Shown here piece by piece: positions 35,017 to 48,057 of a stretch of 64,000 bases of DNA. Numbering within the stretch: position 1 is the first letter of the stretch; every line of letters begins with the position of its first letter. The notes beneath the pieces were generated by a model that was not told the DNA's origin, searched no databases, and saw only the letters and a program-made list of their open reading frames with translations. The DNA lies in contig NC_091476.1 of NCBI RefSeq assembly GCF_036971445.1, forward strand, positions 21,948,001 to 22,012,000, read 5' to 3'. The DNA comes from Narcine bancroftii. Its lineage: Eukaryota. The translations under genes were made by a program, and so were the position numbers.

Positions 35017-37689
35017 TTTTTTTATTCACATTCAGCACGCCCCTTTAAGGGCAGCATGAGCTCAGTCACCTGGTGCATTGTGACATCATAATCGCTGCCC
35101 AGGGTGCGCGCTGGAAGGGATGCTGGAGTTAGAGAGAAACCTCTGACAATGCCATTTCCCCATGGCTGCCCCGCGGTCGCGGTCGACTCGCCATGAGGAT
35201 ATGCGCCGCAACACATCCCCGCCAGAACCGGCTATGCGTCCTGTCGCTTTGGCAGCTGGCCTCGGCGCTTGGGCGCGGCTATCTGCACTGGCTGTGATAA
35301 GTCCAGATGTTCCTCTCTCCTCCCAACGTCCAGGGTGAAGGCTCTGCCCGACCAGTGCAAGACTTTGTTTGGCCCCTCGTACGGTCGCTGTAGCAGAACA
35401 CCTTGTGGTCCCCTCCGCACAAAAACGAACTGGGCCGAGTCGAGCTCTTTGGGGAGATGAAACGGCCGGCTGCTGTGGCAGGCTGGGAGTGGGGCAGCTA
35501 GGGAGACCAATCACCTGCATAGGTCCGCCAGCAGGTTTTTGTCGGTGGCCATGGTGTCAGGATCTGGGCCGAAAAACTCACCTGGCAGGGAAAGCGGTGT
35601 GCCATAGACCATCTCCGCTGCTGAAGCCTGCAGATCCTCCTTGGGTGCTGTCCTAATCCCGAGGAGGGCCCAGGGTAGTTCGTCCACCCAGTCTGGTCCA
35701 GAGAGCCTGGCCATAAATGATGCCTTCAGGTGCCTGTGGAACATCTCCACCAACCCGTTGGACTGCGGGTGATATGCTGTGGTTTGGTGGAGCTTGACCC
35801 CCAGGAACTTCGCCATCCGAGTCCACAGGGCAGACGTGAACTACGCCCCTGTCACTAGTGATGTGTGCCAGGACTCCGAAACAGGCGATCCATTGGCTGG
35901 AGATTTGGGACGGCCTCCGGCCACCTTGTGGCCTGATCCACCACTGTGAGGAAGTAACGAGCCTCTGGACACCGGCAGGGGCCCGACAACATCAACGTGG
36001 ATGTGTTGGAATCTGCGAACTGCCAGGTCGAAATTCTGAAAGGGGTCTCGCGTGTGTCGCTGGACCTTGGAGGTCTGGCACCTGGTACAGTTCCTGTCCA
36101 GTTCCGCCATCTCCTTCTTCAGCCCGTGCCACACAAACCGCTCCGTGACCATCTGCACAGTTATCTTTACTGCTGGGTGAGCCAGGTTGTGGATCAGACT
36201 GAAGACCTTTACCCTCCAGTGCGGCGGGACCACCACTGTTGAGATGTCACAGAGCAATGTGTCTGGGCTGCTGGCCACCCGAACATCCTTGAGTTTGAGG
36301 CCCGAGTTGGTGGTCCGCAAGGCCTGCGTCTCCGCATCGTTCCTCTGCGCCTGAGCCAGTTGCTTGTAATCCAGGCCGGGTGCGAGAGTGTTGATGGCTG
36401 GATGGGAGACCACATCCGCCACTACATTGTCCTTGCCAGCCCTGTGTTGGATGTTGGTCGTGAACTCAGACACGTTCGTACAAGGGGTGGCGCTGCTGTC
36501 TGGCGGACCATGGATCCTTGACCATTGCCAGTACTTGAGTGAGGGGCTTGTGATCCGTGAAGGCTGTGAACCTTGAGATCGGGTGCGAGTCTCTAATGCT
36601 GTGGGGGCGGCGGTGGGGGGGGAAGGATGTTGAGCTCACCCCCTGTGTTTACCAGGAATCAGCGGCCGGTGGATCTGTCCGTCACATGAAGGAGGCTGTT
36701 TGTGTGGCCAGCCGTTGCAGCCATCAACGGCAGCTGGTCTGGTCATTTCCCTGAAACCCGCAGGGCTGGCGGCAATTATGGGCTTGAGCTTCCCACCGCT
36801 GGTGGTCGAAACACCAGGTCAACTGGCCCTCCTCTGGGTTGGTCTTCGGGGCATCTTGCGGTCGGATGGCTCCTGGTTGTGCTACCTGGTTGAAGGCTGC
36901 CTCGTTCTCCCTCTTTGTGAGCCAGAGGGCATCTGCACGGGCTGCTGCTCTCCTCGGGTTCATGAATTCTTCATCTGTGAGGAGCAGCTGGATGTCCTCC
37001 GGCATCCAGGAATATCTAGCAGAAGAGAAAACAAGGCTTGTGGTCTTCCTCCAGGGCCAGCGTTTCGTCCATCAGTGCAGACGGACTTAGAAGGAGCCTG
37101 GAAGCCAGTTGCTGGGGAGTTAGCCCAAAAGTTCCAAGCAGCAGATCTTTGAGTGCAGTGTATTTGCCCGTAGCTGGGGGACGGTGGATGATGTCGTCCA
37201 CCTTTTCTGCCGTATCTTGGTCCAGAGCGCTCATGACATGATAGAACATCGTGGCGTCTGAGGAGATGATGCGGAGTTGAAATTGTGCTTCTGCCTGCCC
37301 AAACCACGTTCTCGGTCGGTGGGCCCAAGAGGGGTAATCCTGATGGGGAGAACATTAACCACTGCTGAATCCATGGTGTTTTGAGTCCAGAAAAACGTCT
37401 GGGCACGTTGGGGTCACCACTGTGGCGGTGTGAGCAGTGAAAGAAATACAGTCACTATGTTGAGGGTCATTAACGACTCTTTTTATTCAAATTCAGCATG
37501 CGCCCCTTTAAGGGCAGCATGGGTTCAGTCACCTGGTGCATTGTTGCATCATAATCACTGCTCAGGGTGCGCGCTGGAAGGGATACTGGAGTCAGAGAGA
37601 AACCCCTGATGACACCATTTCCCCATGACTGCCCCACCACGTGGTGATATAAGCGGGGCTGGTTCACCATGAGGATGTGCGTTGCCACA
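35017..37689 (-). mobile_element. Ty3/Gypsy LTR retrotransposon, internally deleted (gag, RNase H remnant, integrase; most of protease/RT missing)
   Basis: 5' LTR 37421-37689 (TGT...ACA). PBS TGGTGACCCC just inside it (~37410-37419). Gag FYHVMSALDQDTA. Integrase HNLAHP...CTRCQ, HIHVDVVGPLP, TTAYHPQSNGLVEMFHRHLK. Purine tract next to a truncated 3' LTR at 35017-35214. Confidence 0.9.
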
Positions 37690-37974
37690 GTTTCATATTC
37701 CTGTGAATTAAATTATATTTGTCATTGATTTGCTTCTTTAACCTGAGTGGTTATGTCCTTGTATTACTCCATTTTCTGTTTTCTAAATGTAAGTCTTTGG
37801 TGGTTTTGTATTAAACGAAGGTCATCATTCTCAGAAAGAGCAGCAATTATTCCACATCATCAGTGATGTCATCAGCCCAGATAAAAACTTGTTTTGGATG
37901 CAGGTCAATTTCCTGCGTTTTCCACAGCACGTCCAGCATTTTGGGAGCCAGATCACTTGTTGTTAAGTGGGTCA

Positions 37975-40600
37975 CCACATGACCTCCCTCCCAAAAACCG
38001 GCTGCGTACCCCCAGAGTATTTATTTTTGTTTGGACGGCTTTCCTCTCTGCCGAGGTGCCTGAACCACAACTGATCCATCCAGATCCAGATGGGCAGGTT
38101 TGAGCTGGTTAATTGCAAAAGTTTCCTCTTTATCCCTGACGTCCAAAATGTACGTCAAACCATTGCATCTTAGTACCTGGAATGGTGCTTGGTGTACTCC
38201 CTTCTGCACACAAACATACTTGCAGTCCTGCAAGTTTTGGGGTGTATAGGACCTGGCCTGACCATGTTGAGGTGCCGGTATGAGCGCTAAAGAAGTGAGT
38301 TTCTTGCGGAGCTTGCTTAGGACCGCTGCGGGACTCTCCTCCCGTCCTCGTGAGTCTGATACAAATTCTCCTGGAACCAACTCCGTGCCGAAGACCAGCT
38401 CTGGTGATGAGGCACCTATTCATCTTTGGGTGCCATTTTTATGCCCAAGAGTACCCACGGCAACTCGGCAACCCAGTTGGGTCCCTGCAGATGTGTAATA
38501 AAGGCCAATTTCAAATGCCTGTGAAACCTTTTTACTTGTCTGTTGGATTGTGGTTGTTACACAGTTGTGTAGTTCAACTTGGTTCCAAGCAAGGTGGCCA
38601 TTGTTGACCACAGACTTGATGTGAATTGGGCCCCCCTGTCAGACATGATGTGTGCTGGCAGACCAAAACATCCTATCCAGGCAGAAGTGAGGGCCCTGGC
38701 ACAGGAGTCGGTAGTCATATCTGCCAGTGGAACCGCCTCTGGCCACTGCATGGCCCGATCCACTATAGTGAAAAGAAAATGGGAACCACATGACACTGGT
38801 GGGGGCCTACAATGTCCATGTCTACATGGTCAAACCTCCAATATGCCAGCTCAAAAGATTGTAGTGGGGGTTTTGTGTGTGGTGGGACTTTGGATGTCTG
38901 GCAACGTGCATGTCTTCCCCCAGTTGCTGACCTGTTTTCAGAGGCCATGCTACACAAATCTGTTGGCTACCATCTGGACAGTCGTTCTGATTGATGCATG
39001 TGCCAACCTGTGTACCGCATCAAATACCTGCCTCCTCCAGGCCACCAGAACAATTGGGCGAGGATGACCTGTATATATGTCACATAGGAGTTTGAGCTCC
39101 CCCAGGTCTGCAGGAATTTCTTCCAACTGCAGGTTTGAGTCTCCTGTTCTGCAACATTCCTTGGGTTAAGGTCTGCACAGATTGCATGGCTGGGCAAGAT
39201 GGCGCATCTGCCTGAGATGTGTTTGATGGCTGTCGTGAACTCTGAAATATATCATAAATATCTCTGTTGACGAGCTGACCTTGGATCTGATACCTTAGTG
39301 AAGGCAAATGTAAGTGGCTTGTGGTTTATAAAAGCTGTGAAATGCCTGCCTTCTAGAAAGTACTTGAAATGTCTGATAGCTAGGTACAGTGCCAACAATT
39401 CTCGATCAAAAGCCCTGTATTTGAGTTCTGGTGGTTTTAGGTGCTTGGTAAAGAAAACCAATGCTTTCCAATGCCCATCAAGCATTCTTCCTACTGCCAT
39501 ACTGAACGCATCCACTGACAAGGTTGTCGAGACATCCATTCTTGGGTGGACCAGCAATGCAGCAGTAGCCATTGCTTCCTTGATGTTCTCAAAAACTGTT
39601 GACGATTCTTCATTCAAAGTGACATCCCTTGCCTTGCCTGATAACAAGGCGAAGAGGGGGCGCATGTTGCGAGCCACTGATGGTAGAAACCGCCGATAAA
39701 AGTTCATCATTCCAACAAACTACTGGGCTGGGCTTAGCAAATTCCTGGATCGCATCGACCTTTCCCGGTGCTAGCTTTGTTCCATGTTTGTCGATTCTAT
39801 GGCCCAGAAAGTCAATGGTCACTAACCTGAATTGACACTTGACTGGGTTGATGGTCAGTCCAAACTCATTCAAATAAGTGAAAAGCTTGCGCAAGTGGGA
39901 CAGATGTTCCTGACAACTGCAGCTACCAATAAGTATGTTGTCCAGGTATATGAAGGTAAAGTTGAGATTGCATCCCAGTCTGTCCGTTAAACATTGGAAA
40001 GTCTGCGTGGCATTTTTGAGCCAAAAAGGCATCCATCTGAATTCAAACACACCAAAGGGTGTAATAACAGCTGTTTTTGGAATGTCACCCAGGTGGACCA
40101 GGATCTGATGATGCCCCCGGACTAGGTCCACTTTGGAAAAGATGCGGGTTCCCTGCAGGTTGGATATGAAGTACTGTAAATGTGTTACTGAGTAGCTATC
40201 TGGTGTATTCTCGTTCAATTTGCATTAATCACCGCAGGGTCTCCATCTGCCTGCGGCCCTGATTACCATGTGGAGCGGGGAGGCCCAGGAGCTATTGGAC
40301 TGTTGTACAATATCCATGTCCTCCATCCTTTCAAACTTTGGCGAGGCGAAATTTATCTGGAGGAAGCCTGCATGCTTGGGCATGCAGCGGTGGCCCTTCA
40401 GTTGGTATGTGGTGCTGCACCCCATGTTTCAGCATCGCCAAAGTGAATTGCAGCATAATTATTGCGGGGAATTTCGCCAACAACCAGGTGAATTCATTCT
40501 CTGAAAGAGTAACGGAGTTGAAATGCGGGGCTGGCAGGTTGGCCTCACCTCAGGAGAAGGTTTGGAAAGTGTTGGTATGAACAAGCCTTCGTCCCTCTAG
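37975..40600 (-). mobile_element. Second, older Ty3/Gypsy pol region (RT, RNase H, integrase), frameshifted
   Basis: FSKVDLVRGHHQI...KTAVITPFGVFEF..MPFWLKNATQTFQ..YLDNIL; KYRAFDRELLALYLAIRHFKYFLEGR; SDRGAQFTSSLW. Confidence 0.9.
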
Positions 40601-40604
40601 ATCT

Positions 40605-41495
40605 CTTTGCGGAAAGAACAACAGCCTTTGGGTCAATCAAAGTGTGTCTTTCATCGAGTTGATGGTCAAAATGGGCAACTGTCTCCACTCATCTGCAGTT
40701 ATCTCAAGGATAATGTGTGTGGTGGTTCCGCTGTATAGGAATGATCTGACTGAGAGGGCTTCTTTCACACCCCTGCTGGGTTAAGATTTGGTGCTTATTT
40801 GTAAGCCCTGGCAATGCGGCATCTGCCATATGACCTGGAAGGATTGATTAGGGAATCACCCCACCTGGTCCATTGAGTCCTTGTCTTTCATTGTCTGCAG
40901 GATGTTCTGTGCTGACCACTGCGTGATTGCCTGGTGGTCAAAGGTGTTGGCCTGGGAAAACTTTTCCCATAGGATAGGTGGTGTGGCAAAATCCACTCTT
41001 TCCATCTTGGATTCCCATATGAACTGGAAAACAGCTGCAATGACAACCAGGGTGGAGGTGGGGGAATTAGGCCACACCTGTGCCACGATCAGCATTCCAC
41101 AGAGCACCTCATACTGATGACCAGGTTGTTCCTGTTATTGAAGGGGAGTGCCATGCCCACAGACCCAATTTCCGGTGGACTGTTGTGATCCGCTCCAACC
41201 AATTCTTGTTGCTCGCCTCAGCTCCAAACAAGATGGCAAATACCTTCAGATAAATCTGACCGTGAAGGGGATGGTAAACCAATCAGATTAGCATTTTTTT
41301 GCTCTTCTGGTTTACTCAGGCACCCAATGCCAACTCAAACTGGTCGCAGATATTGATCAATCTGTGGACATTTGTGTTGTCTGAACAAAAGATGGTGACG
41401 TCATCCACGTAAAGGGAGGCCTTGATCTGAGTGCCTCCTCTACCTGGCAACATGAGATCTCTTTTGCCCTCGTCCTTCCTGATGGATTTAGCATA
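40605..41495 (-). mobile_element. L1/Tx1-clade LINE fragment
   Basis: LPGRGGTQIKASLYVDDVTIFCSD...INICDQFELALGA; AVFQFIWESKMERV. Confidence 0.7.
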
Positions 41496-41499
41496 CAAA

Positions 41500-42100
41500 T
41501 AGGACTTGAGCTAAAGATGTATAACTAATGTCTCAGGCTTGAGCCCTTCTTCAAGGTATGAGCAAAAATCAATTAAATAAAAAGGCAGGGGGAGAAGGGA
41601 AGAAAGGGCAGGGGTGATAATTGGACATGGATAGGAAAGGAGAGAATTTATCAGGGGAGGGGGTGGCTTTGTGAATGAAGAGCTGGAGGAAGAAAGATAG
41701 ACGGAAAAGGAAAGAGAAAGACAGCTAAAGAAAAGATGAAGTAAGGATGGGGAAGGGAAGAGATGGGGGTGCGGGCACAGGATTCTAACAGAAAGCAGAG
41801 AAGTCTATGTAAATTCCATCTGGTTGGAGTGTGACCAGATGGAATATAAGGTGTTATTCCTGCAATTTCCGGGTCGCCTGAGTCTGGCAGCACCTGAGAT
41901 CATGGAGAGACCTATCGAGATGGGAATTGGGCAGGGAATTGGAATGGGTGGCCACTGGGAGATCCCTGCTATTGCAACAAAAAGAGTTAAGATGCTAAAC
42001 AAAGTGATCTCCTAGACTGCAACCAGTCTCTCCAATGTAGAGTGGGCCATAAATGGAGCACCTGATGCAGAAGATGACCCTATTTGGGGATCTGAATGCA
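41500..42100 (-). mobile_element. Penelope-like element fragment
   Basis: Similar to 17490-18390 (TTGAGCCCTTCTTCAAGG block; GIY-YIG 3' region). Confidence 0.65.
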
Positions 42101-43368
42101 TCCTCACTTCATGTAGTTCTTTCTTGGAGTACAGTGTACAGTTACCGATAATTGGAAATTCTGCCTGGCCCACAGAAATATAATTTCAGGTTTGTATGTC
42201 ATGTCAATAAATTTTGAACTTTTAAACTTTGAACTTCACAGATGAAATTTTGCCTCTGTAAAGCAATGGTTAATTAATTCAGAAGTTAAATGTGCACAAA
42301 AATTTCACAGTGCAATCACTTGAGAACTCGAGATGTAATTTAAGTCATATGACTTCAATTTTATCGAGGAGAAGTAGTATGTCACAACCTCGCAAACTCA
42401 AAGTAGAATGGAACATGGACCTTGGTGAAACCAGATAATTTTTGTTGTGGCAAAGAGAAAGGAGATGTGAAATGGTGCAAAGGTTTTCAACAGCTTTCAA
42501 CAAGAAAGAGATAACATTAGCTAATCATGTCGCATTTCAGGAAAAAGGTACTTTCAGTATAAAGAGAGCATAGCAGTGGATTTTGCAAAAACAGGAAATG
42601 GGGGGAAAGGAGTCTTTACAAAAGATGAAGGAAACAGAAAACAGTATTTTCAGAGTATTACCGAATTACCCAATGTTGGTTTGTTTCAGAATGCCATCAG
42701 AATTATGCACAATACCATTTTCACTTTATTTCTCTTGTGGCATCACTTCCACTTAGCTAGATATAAAATAACCCCAGCATTGTTTGATTTCTAGGGATTA
42801 CCCCCTTTTTTAAAAAAAATGACATTAATTGAAGCAGTAAGTGGAAATTTATTCAGCTTTATATGTTGAAATATATTAGTTTCTTCAAGTAGTAGAACTG
42901 CTGAGTATTTTTTTTAGTGCAAGGGTACAAATTCCAATAGGTCTTGGTTTCAAGCTTCTGCTGAATTTCTTTATTTCAGATAAAGCAACATTGGAGCACC
43001 ATATCAGATTTATGGTGGAGTGTTGAAAATTTAAGCCTGACACGTACAGAAAGGATTTATTTCACATATCTTTACAACACAATTAAACTCCGCTTGGAAC
43101 CCAATCATGACCAATTAGCTTGGTAACATTTACTATATGAGAAAAGATTGCTTGGAGAAGGCATCTACAGATCACCAGTATTCATTGAAACTAAACTTGG
43201 CACTGACTAGGAGCTTCAATTGAGTAAGGATAAATTTATAAGGAAGAATTTCATTGATTTTTAAGTGTTTGAAACTGGTGCAATATGAATGAACATCTCA
43301 GACATGAATTACAATCATGTATAATAAATACTCAAAGGTGTAGAGTTATTGATACAATAATAGTTGGT

Positions 43369-43693
43369 TTCAAGGACTGCCTAAAGAAATCTCTTGGTGC
43401 CTGCCACATTGACCACCGCCAGTGGGCTGATAACGCCTCAAACCGTGCATCTTGGCGCCTCACAGTTTGGCGGGCAGCAACCTCCTTTGAAGAAGACCGC
43501 AGAGCCCACCTCACTGACAAAAGGCAAAGGAGGAAACACCCAACCCCAACCAACCAATTTTCCCCTGCAACCGCTGCAATCGTGTCTGCCTGTCCCGCAT
43601 TGGACTTGTCAGCCACAAACGAGCCTGCAGCTGACGTGGACTTTTTACCCCCTCCATAAATCTTCGTCCGCGAAGCCAAGCCAAAGAAAGAGA
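43369..43693 (+). mobile_element. RTE-clade LINE 3' fragment
   Basis: Near-identical to 23604-23930. Confidence 0.88.
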
Positions 43694-43835
43694 AATAGTT
43701 GGTTTTCTTTGATGAACAACTGAGGCACAGTGGCAGATGGGGAAAAGCTTGAGATTTTGTACATTATCAGTATATTACCCAATCTTGCAAAAAAACTAAT
43801 AACTGCTTTAATGATAAGTACCTTTTCTATTCCAG

Positions 43836-43968
43836 ATAATGCATGTGACCCAGGAGTGTGTGCCAAACAAATGTGGATTGATGTGACTGAGATTAAAAAT
43901 GAACTGTGCCTGATCTTCACTGATAATGGGAATGGAATGACTCCAATTAAACTGCACAAAATGTTGAG
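43836..43968 (+). CDS. MORC4: MORC4 coding exon 3
   Basis: TCCAG|(D)[45 protein letters not shown]|GTAGAG; GHKL DNGxGM motif. Confidence 0.95.
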
Positions 43969-45584
43969 GTAGAGTGCTTAAGGATGAACAAATTAAATCC
44001 TATTTTATTAATATACATTCACAAAGAGAATAAGGGGGATTAAGTTGACCAAATGCAGATTAGAATTTAGAGTCAAATGTAAAACATGTAAAACTTGGTG
44101 CCATATCCTGTGCTGCTTCAAGAGGTAAAATATAGTGGAATAGAGAACATTAATCGTTTATCATGCATAATTTTGAGTCTTGTAAAGCTTTCTTACACCA
44201 CTGCTACACTCACGAAACAACTTTGTGTGAGTATGTTTGCTATTTAGAATGCAATGAGTTAGGTGAGGTCATTTTCTCAAGTATCCAAATTCTTAAGGCT
44301 CAAAATTAATTTGGGTGCTGATAATACACAATGCTTTCCATTTGATTTTGTATGAAATGTTTTTCCTTTGCAAGGAAGTATGTAAAGTATTTTAATGTAT
44401 CCTCATTGAGGTTCATATAATTTTACAATGCATTGGATTATTTCAGAACTGAACCCTTATATTTTGTGAAGTTAAGTTTGTGGTCAGGTGATCTTTCAAA
44501 ATCCACACAATTTATTAACTCACTCAAGGGCATTTTGATAACTTGCAATACATGTTGTTTAATCTTATCAAGCTCACATTTTTAATTTTGAATGCAATTT
44601 TTTTAAATTTTGGTATTGACAATTCAGTGGTGAACACTAGGATTTTTAAAATATTTCTTTAATAATGATAAATCTGCATGTTTAAGGCATGTTTATCATC
44701 ACATACTCATTCTCATATATTTAGAAAATTAAATATTGATTATCTGATGAATGTAAGCCTCTCAGAAAATAAATGTTCTATTTATTATCTACCACAATTT
44801 TTTTTATCATTAGAAAATAATATTTATATTGGTATATAAATTCTGTTTCTATTATTAGCAAATATTATGAAAGCTAGTGGTTCAGAGAGAATTCAAAACC
44901 AATCCCAATGGTACAGTGTAGTGAAAAACTAACATAATGCACAGGAGTATATACAACTTTATGCATAAATAATGTAAATATTCCTCTGGCTCCTCTCTAA
45001 TTGACGGAGGAGTGCGTGAGGCAATCAACAGTTGGATCAATTTTTAAAAATTCTCATTGCTGCACTTGTACCAATGCAGGCCATGAAAACAGGCCAACTT
45101 CATTGTTATTAAAGGGGTCTGCCTGAGCAGTTTGAGGTGCTCATTAACTCCCTTCCCCACCCTAATAAGATTATAACATTTTGAGGACCTGATTCCTTTT
45201 CTCTATTGCCTCCAACTCTCAAAATAGACCCAAATTGTACACAAAGGCTAAATAGTGCAAATTGTTGTTGTTTTTGAAAGGTAAGCAATATCTTTTTGCA
45301 GACAATTGAAAAAAAATTATTAATTCCCAAAAAAATTCTTCAAACTGTTGCATTTGGAGAGCCAACAGTGCCTGCACTGCATTTGGCTTAGCTAAAATTA
45401 GAAAACCTTTGCACAGTGGATAACAAGTTCCAAGCTACTTCCTTGAAGAAGATACCAGTTGGCCCTTCGCAATTGTCAATGATCGATTATGATGTAGACC
45501 AAACCAAAGATCTTGGCACAGATTAAATGAAGTGAAATAGAACACAGTGCAGTGCAGCACAGCAGAACAATAGTATTATAAATG

Positions 45585-45899
45585 TGTGTGGTGGGTTGTG
45601 AGCAAGCGCAGTGAAGAGACTGAGACAACTGGCTGGGAGCTCGAGTATCACAATTGCTTTAATTTAAATTCTGGGCTGCAGCCTTTAAGCCCATCTCCGG
45701 TTCCGCCCCAATGTCCCGGCATTTGAGTCACAATGACGCAAGCATACACGCACCCTTCCAGTCTGGACCAGAAGAGATGGTCCCACGATGCCATCCGTGC
45801 CGCAGCTACCCCACCAACTGCGCATGACAAGCAGGGCTGGTTTGCCACTGCAAACGTGTGTCCCCACATGTGTAGCATTATGTAGCACATGGGAACACA
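45585..45899. mobile_element. Probable solo LTR (Gypsy-type)
   Basis: GC-richer island with TGT...ACA ends; its start resembles the LTR at 37421. Confidence 0.45.
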
Positions 45900-45909
45900 A
45901 TAGTAAATT

Positions 45910-46241
45910 CAGTACAACTCTGATTATCTGAAATTGGATTCTCCAAAATCCTCGTTTATCTGAATTTTTTTCTGAGCCGAACTGACCGAGGATCTCGGGC
46001 TGCTGGCGGCAGCGCTGACCTCGGTGGGGAGGTGATGGTGATCGGTGACAGCCAGGATTTATTGGTGAGAATTAAACATTATTTTAATGATTTAAAAAGC
46101 CTTCCCTTGTTGTTTAAACACTGTTACAAGTGATTTGCTGTTGCTACTGGGCTGTTTTTAAAAATGACCAGTTCTCCAAAGTAAAACATTTATTCAACAT
46201 GGGCCTAGTTCCGACCATTTTGGATAATTGGAGTAGTACTG
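45910..46241. mobile_element. Tigger/Tc1-type MITE
   Basis: Imperfect TIRs CAGTACAACTCTGATTATCTGAAAT / ATTTTGGATAATTGGAGTAGTACTG, followed by TA. Confidence 0.7.
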
Positions 46242-46504
46242 TAGTATATTTGGATAAATTACATAAAATAATAAGTAGTGGAAACCATGTAAATTTCCAT
46301 GTAAGCACAATGTAAAAAGCACAATTCAAGGCAGTTGTAAACTTTAAAATGTTTTGATAGTTATAGTACCATATTATTTTTCTATGGTGCTTGCAATGTC
46401 TTCCCAATTTGATCAGGCAATTCATGCTCTCTTTCAAACCCTTTACTGTCAGAATGCAAAGGCACTCCCAAATTCCATACTCCACATTGATGTAAGACCA
46501 CAAT

Positions 46505-47760
46505 AGTTGGGAATAGAATTAGGTCATTCAGCCCATTGAGTCTGCTCTGTCATTCAAATCATGGCCGATGTATTTTTTTTTTCATTTCCATTCTCACTAT
46601 ATCCTTTAATGCTCTTTTTAATCAAGAGCCTATCAACCTCTGCTTTAAATATACCTAATGATTTTCATCTGAGGTAACGAATTCCACAGATTCACAATCC
46701 TCTTGTGAAGAAATTTCTCCTAATCTCTGTTCTAAAGGAGCATCCTTTTATTCTATATTCTCTTGTCCTAGAGTCTTCCACATCCACTCTATCTGGCCCT
46801 TTCAAAATTTGATATTTATTTGAGATTTCCCTCCCCCTTCATCCTTCTAAACTCCAGCCAGTGCAGGCCCAAGCCATCAAATGCACCTCATCCTTTCATC
46901 CCTGGGATCATTCTCATAACCTCTCTGGACCCTCTCAAATGCTATTGCATCCTTCCTATGATATGTAAAGCTTCAGCGTTACATCTTTGTCTTTACGTTC
47001 TAGTCCTTGAAATTAAAGCTAACATTGCATTTTCTCTCCTTATTACTGACTCAGCCTCCAAGTTAACCCCTGAGCAAATGCTGCACAAGGGCTCCAAAGT
47101 CCCAATGGACCTCTGTTTTTTTAAATTCCACATTTAGAAAACAGTCTCCTTCTTTAATCCTTCAACCAAAATGCAAGCCCATACATTTCCCATTGCTGTA
47201 TTCCATCTGCCATTTCTTTGCTATTCTCTCAATCTTTCCAAGTCCTTCTGCAGTCTCCTTGCTTCCTCAACATGACCTGCCCCTCCACCTAACATTGTAT
47301 AACCTGCAAATTTGGACACAAAGCCAATAATTCTGTCATCAAAGTCATTTACAATCAGCCTGAAAAGTAATGGACACAAACAACACTGACTCATATAGAA
47401 CACTACTAGTCACTGGCAGCCAATCAGAAAAGGCTCTCTTTGTTCCCCGTCAGCCAATCCACATTAGTTATTGCCTTTCCCATAAGACCATGGGCTCCCA
47501 TCTTGTTTAGCAGCCTCATGCCCTGTATCTTGTCAAAGGCCTTCTGAAAATACATATAAACAATATCTATTGACTCTCCTTTGTCTGTCTTGTTCATTGT
47601 TTCCAAAAAGAGCTCCCAATCGAGTTATGAACCAAGATATTCCCTGGAAGAAACTATGCTGACCTCAGTCTATATTGATGTGTACTTTCAAGTACCCATT
47701 AATCCTCTTTGTCAATAATGGCCTCCAAAACCTTGCCAATCACTGAAGTTGGACAATTTA
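46505..47760 (-). mobile_element. CR1-clade LINE, decayed
   Basis: DKGESIDIVYMYFQKAFDKI; SKFAGYTMLGG...RRLQKDLERL. Confidence 0.75.
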
Positions 47761-48057
47761 CAAATTTTCCAGATTTAAAAATTCCTTTGTTGTCATGTAA
47801 TAGTACAGAACTAGTAATATTACATGAAATTACCTTCTGTCTGCCATAAGGCAAAGAGTTGCTATTACTGTTGCCCAGTGCCCCTTACAAAACGAGACAA
47901 AGAAAGTCTATGGATATGCCTCCAGCACTTGTGCAGCCACTCAGACCTTCTGTTCCCTCTTAGCTGTGCTCACGCACACAAGTTTTCCAACCCGCACGCA
48001 AAGGAGATTAATGTGTGTACAAAAGGTTCGTACCTAAAATAATGTAGTAATTAATAA

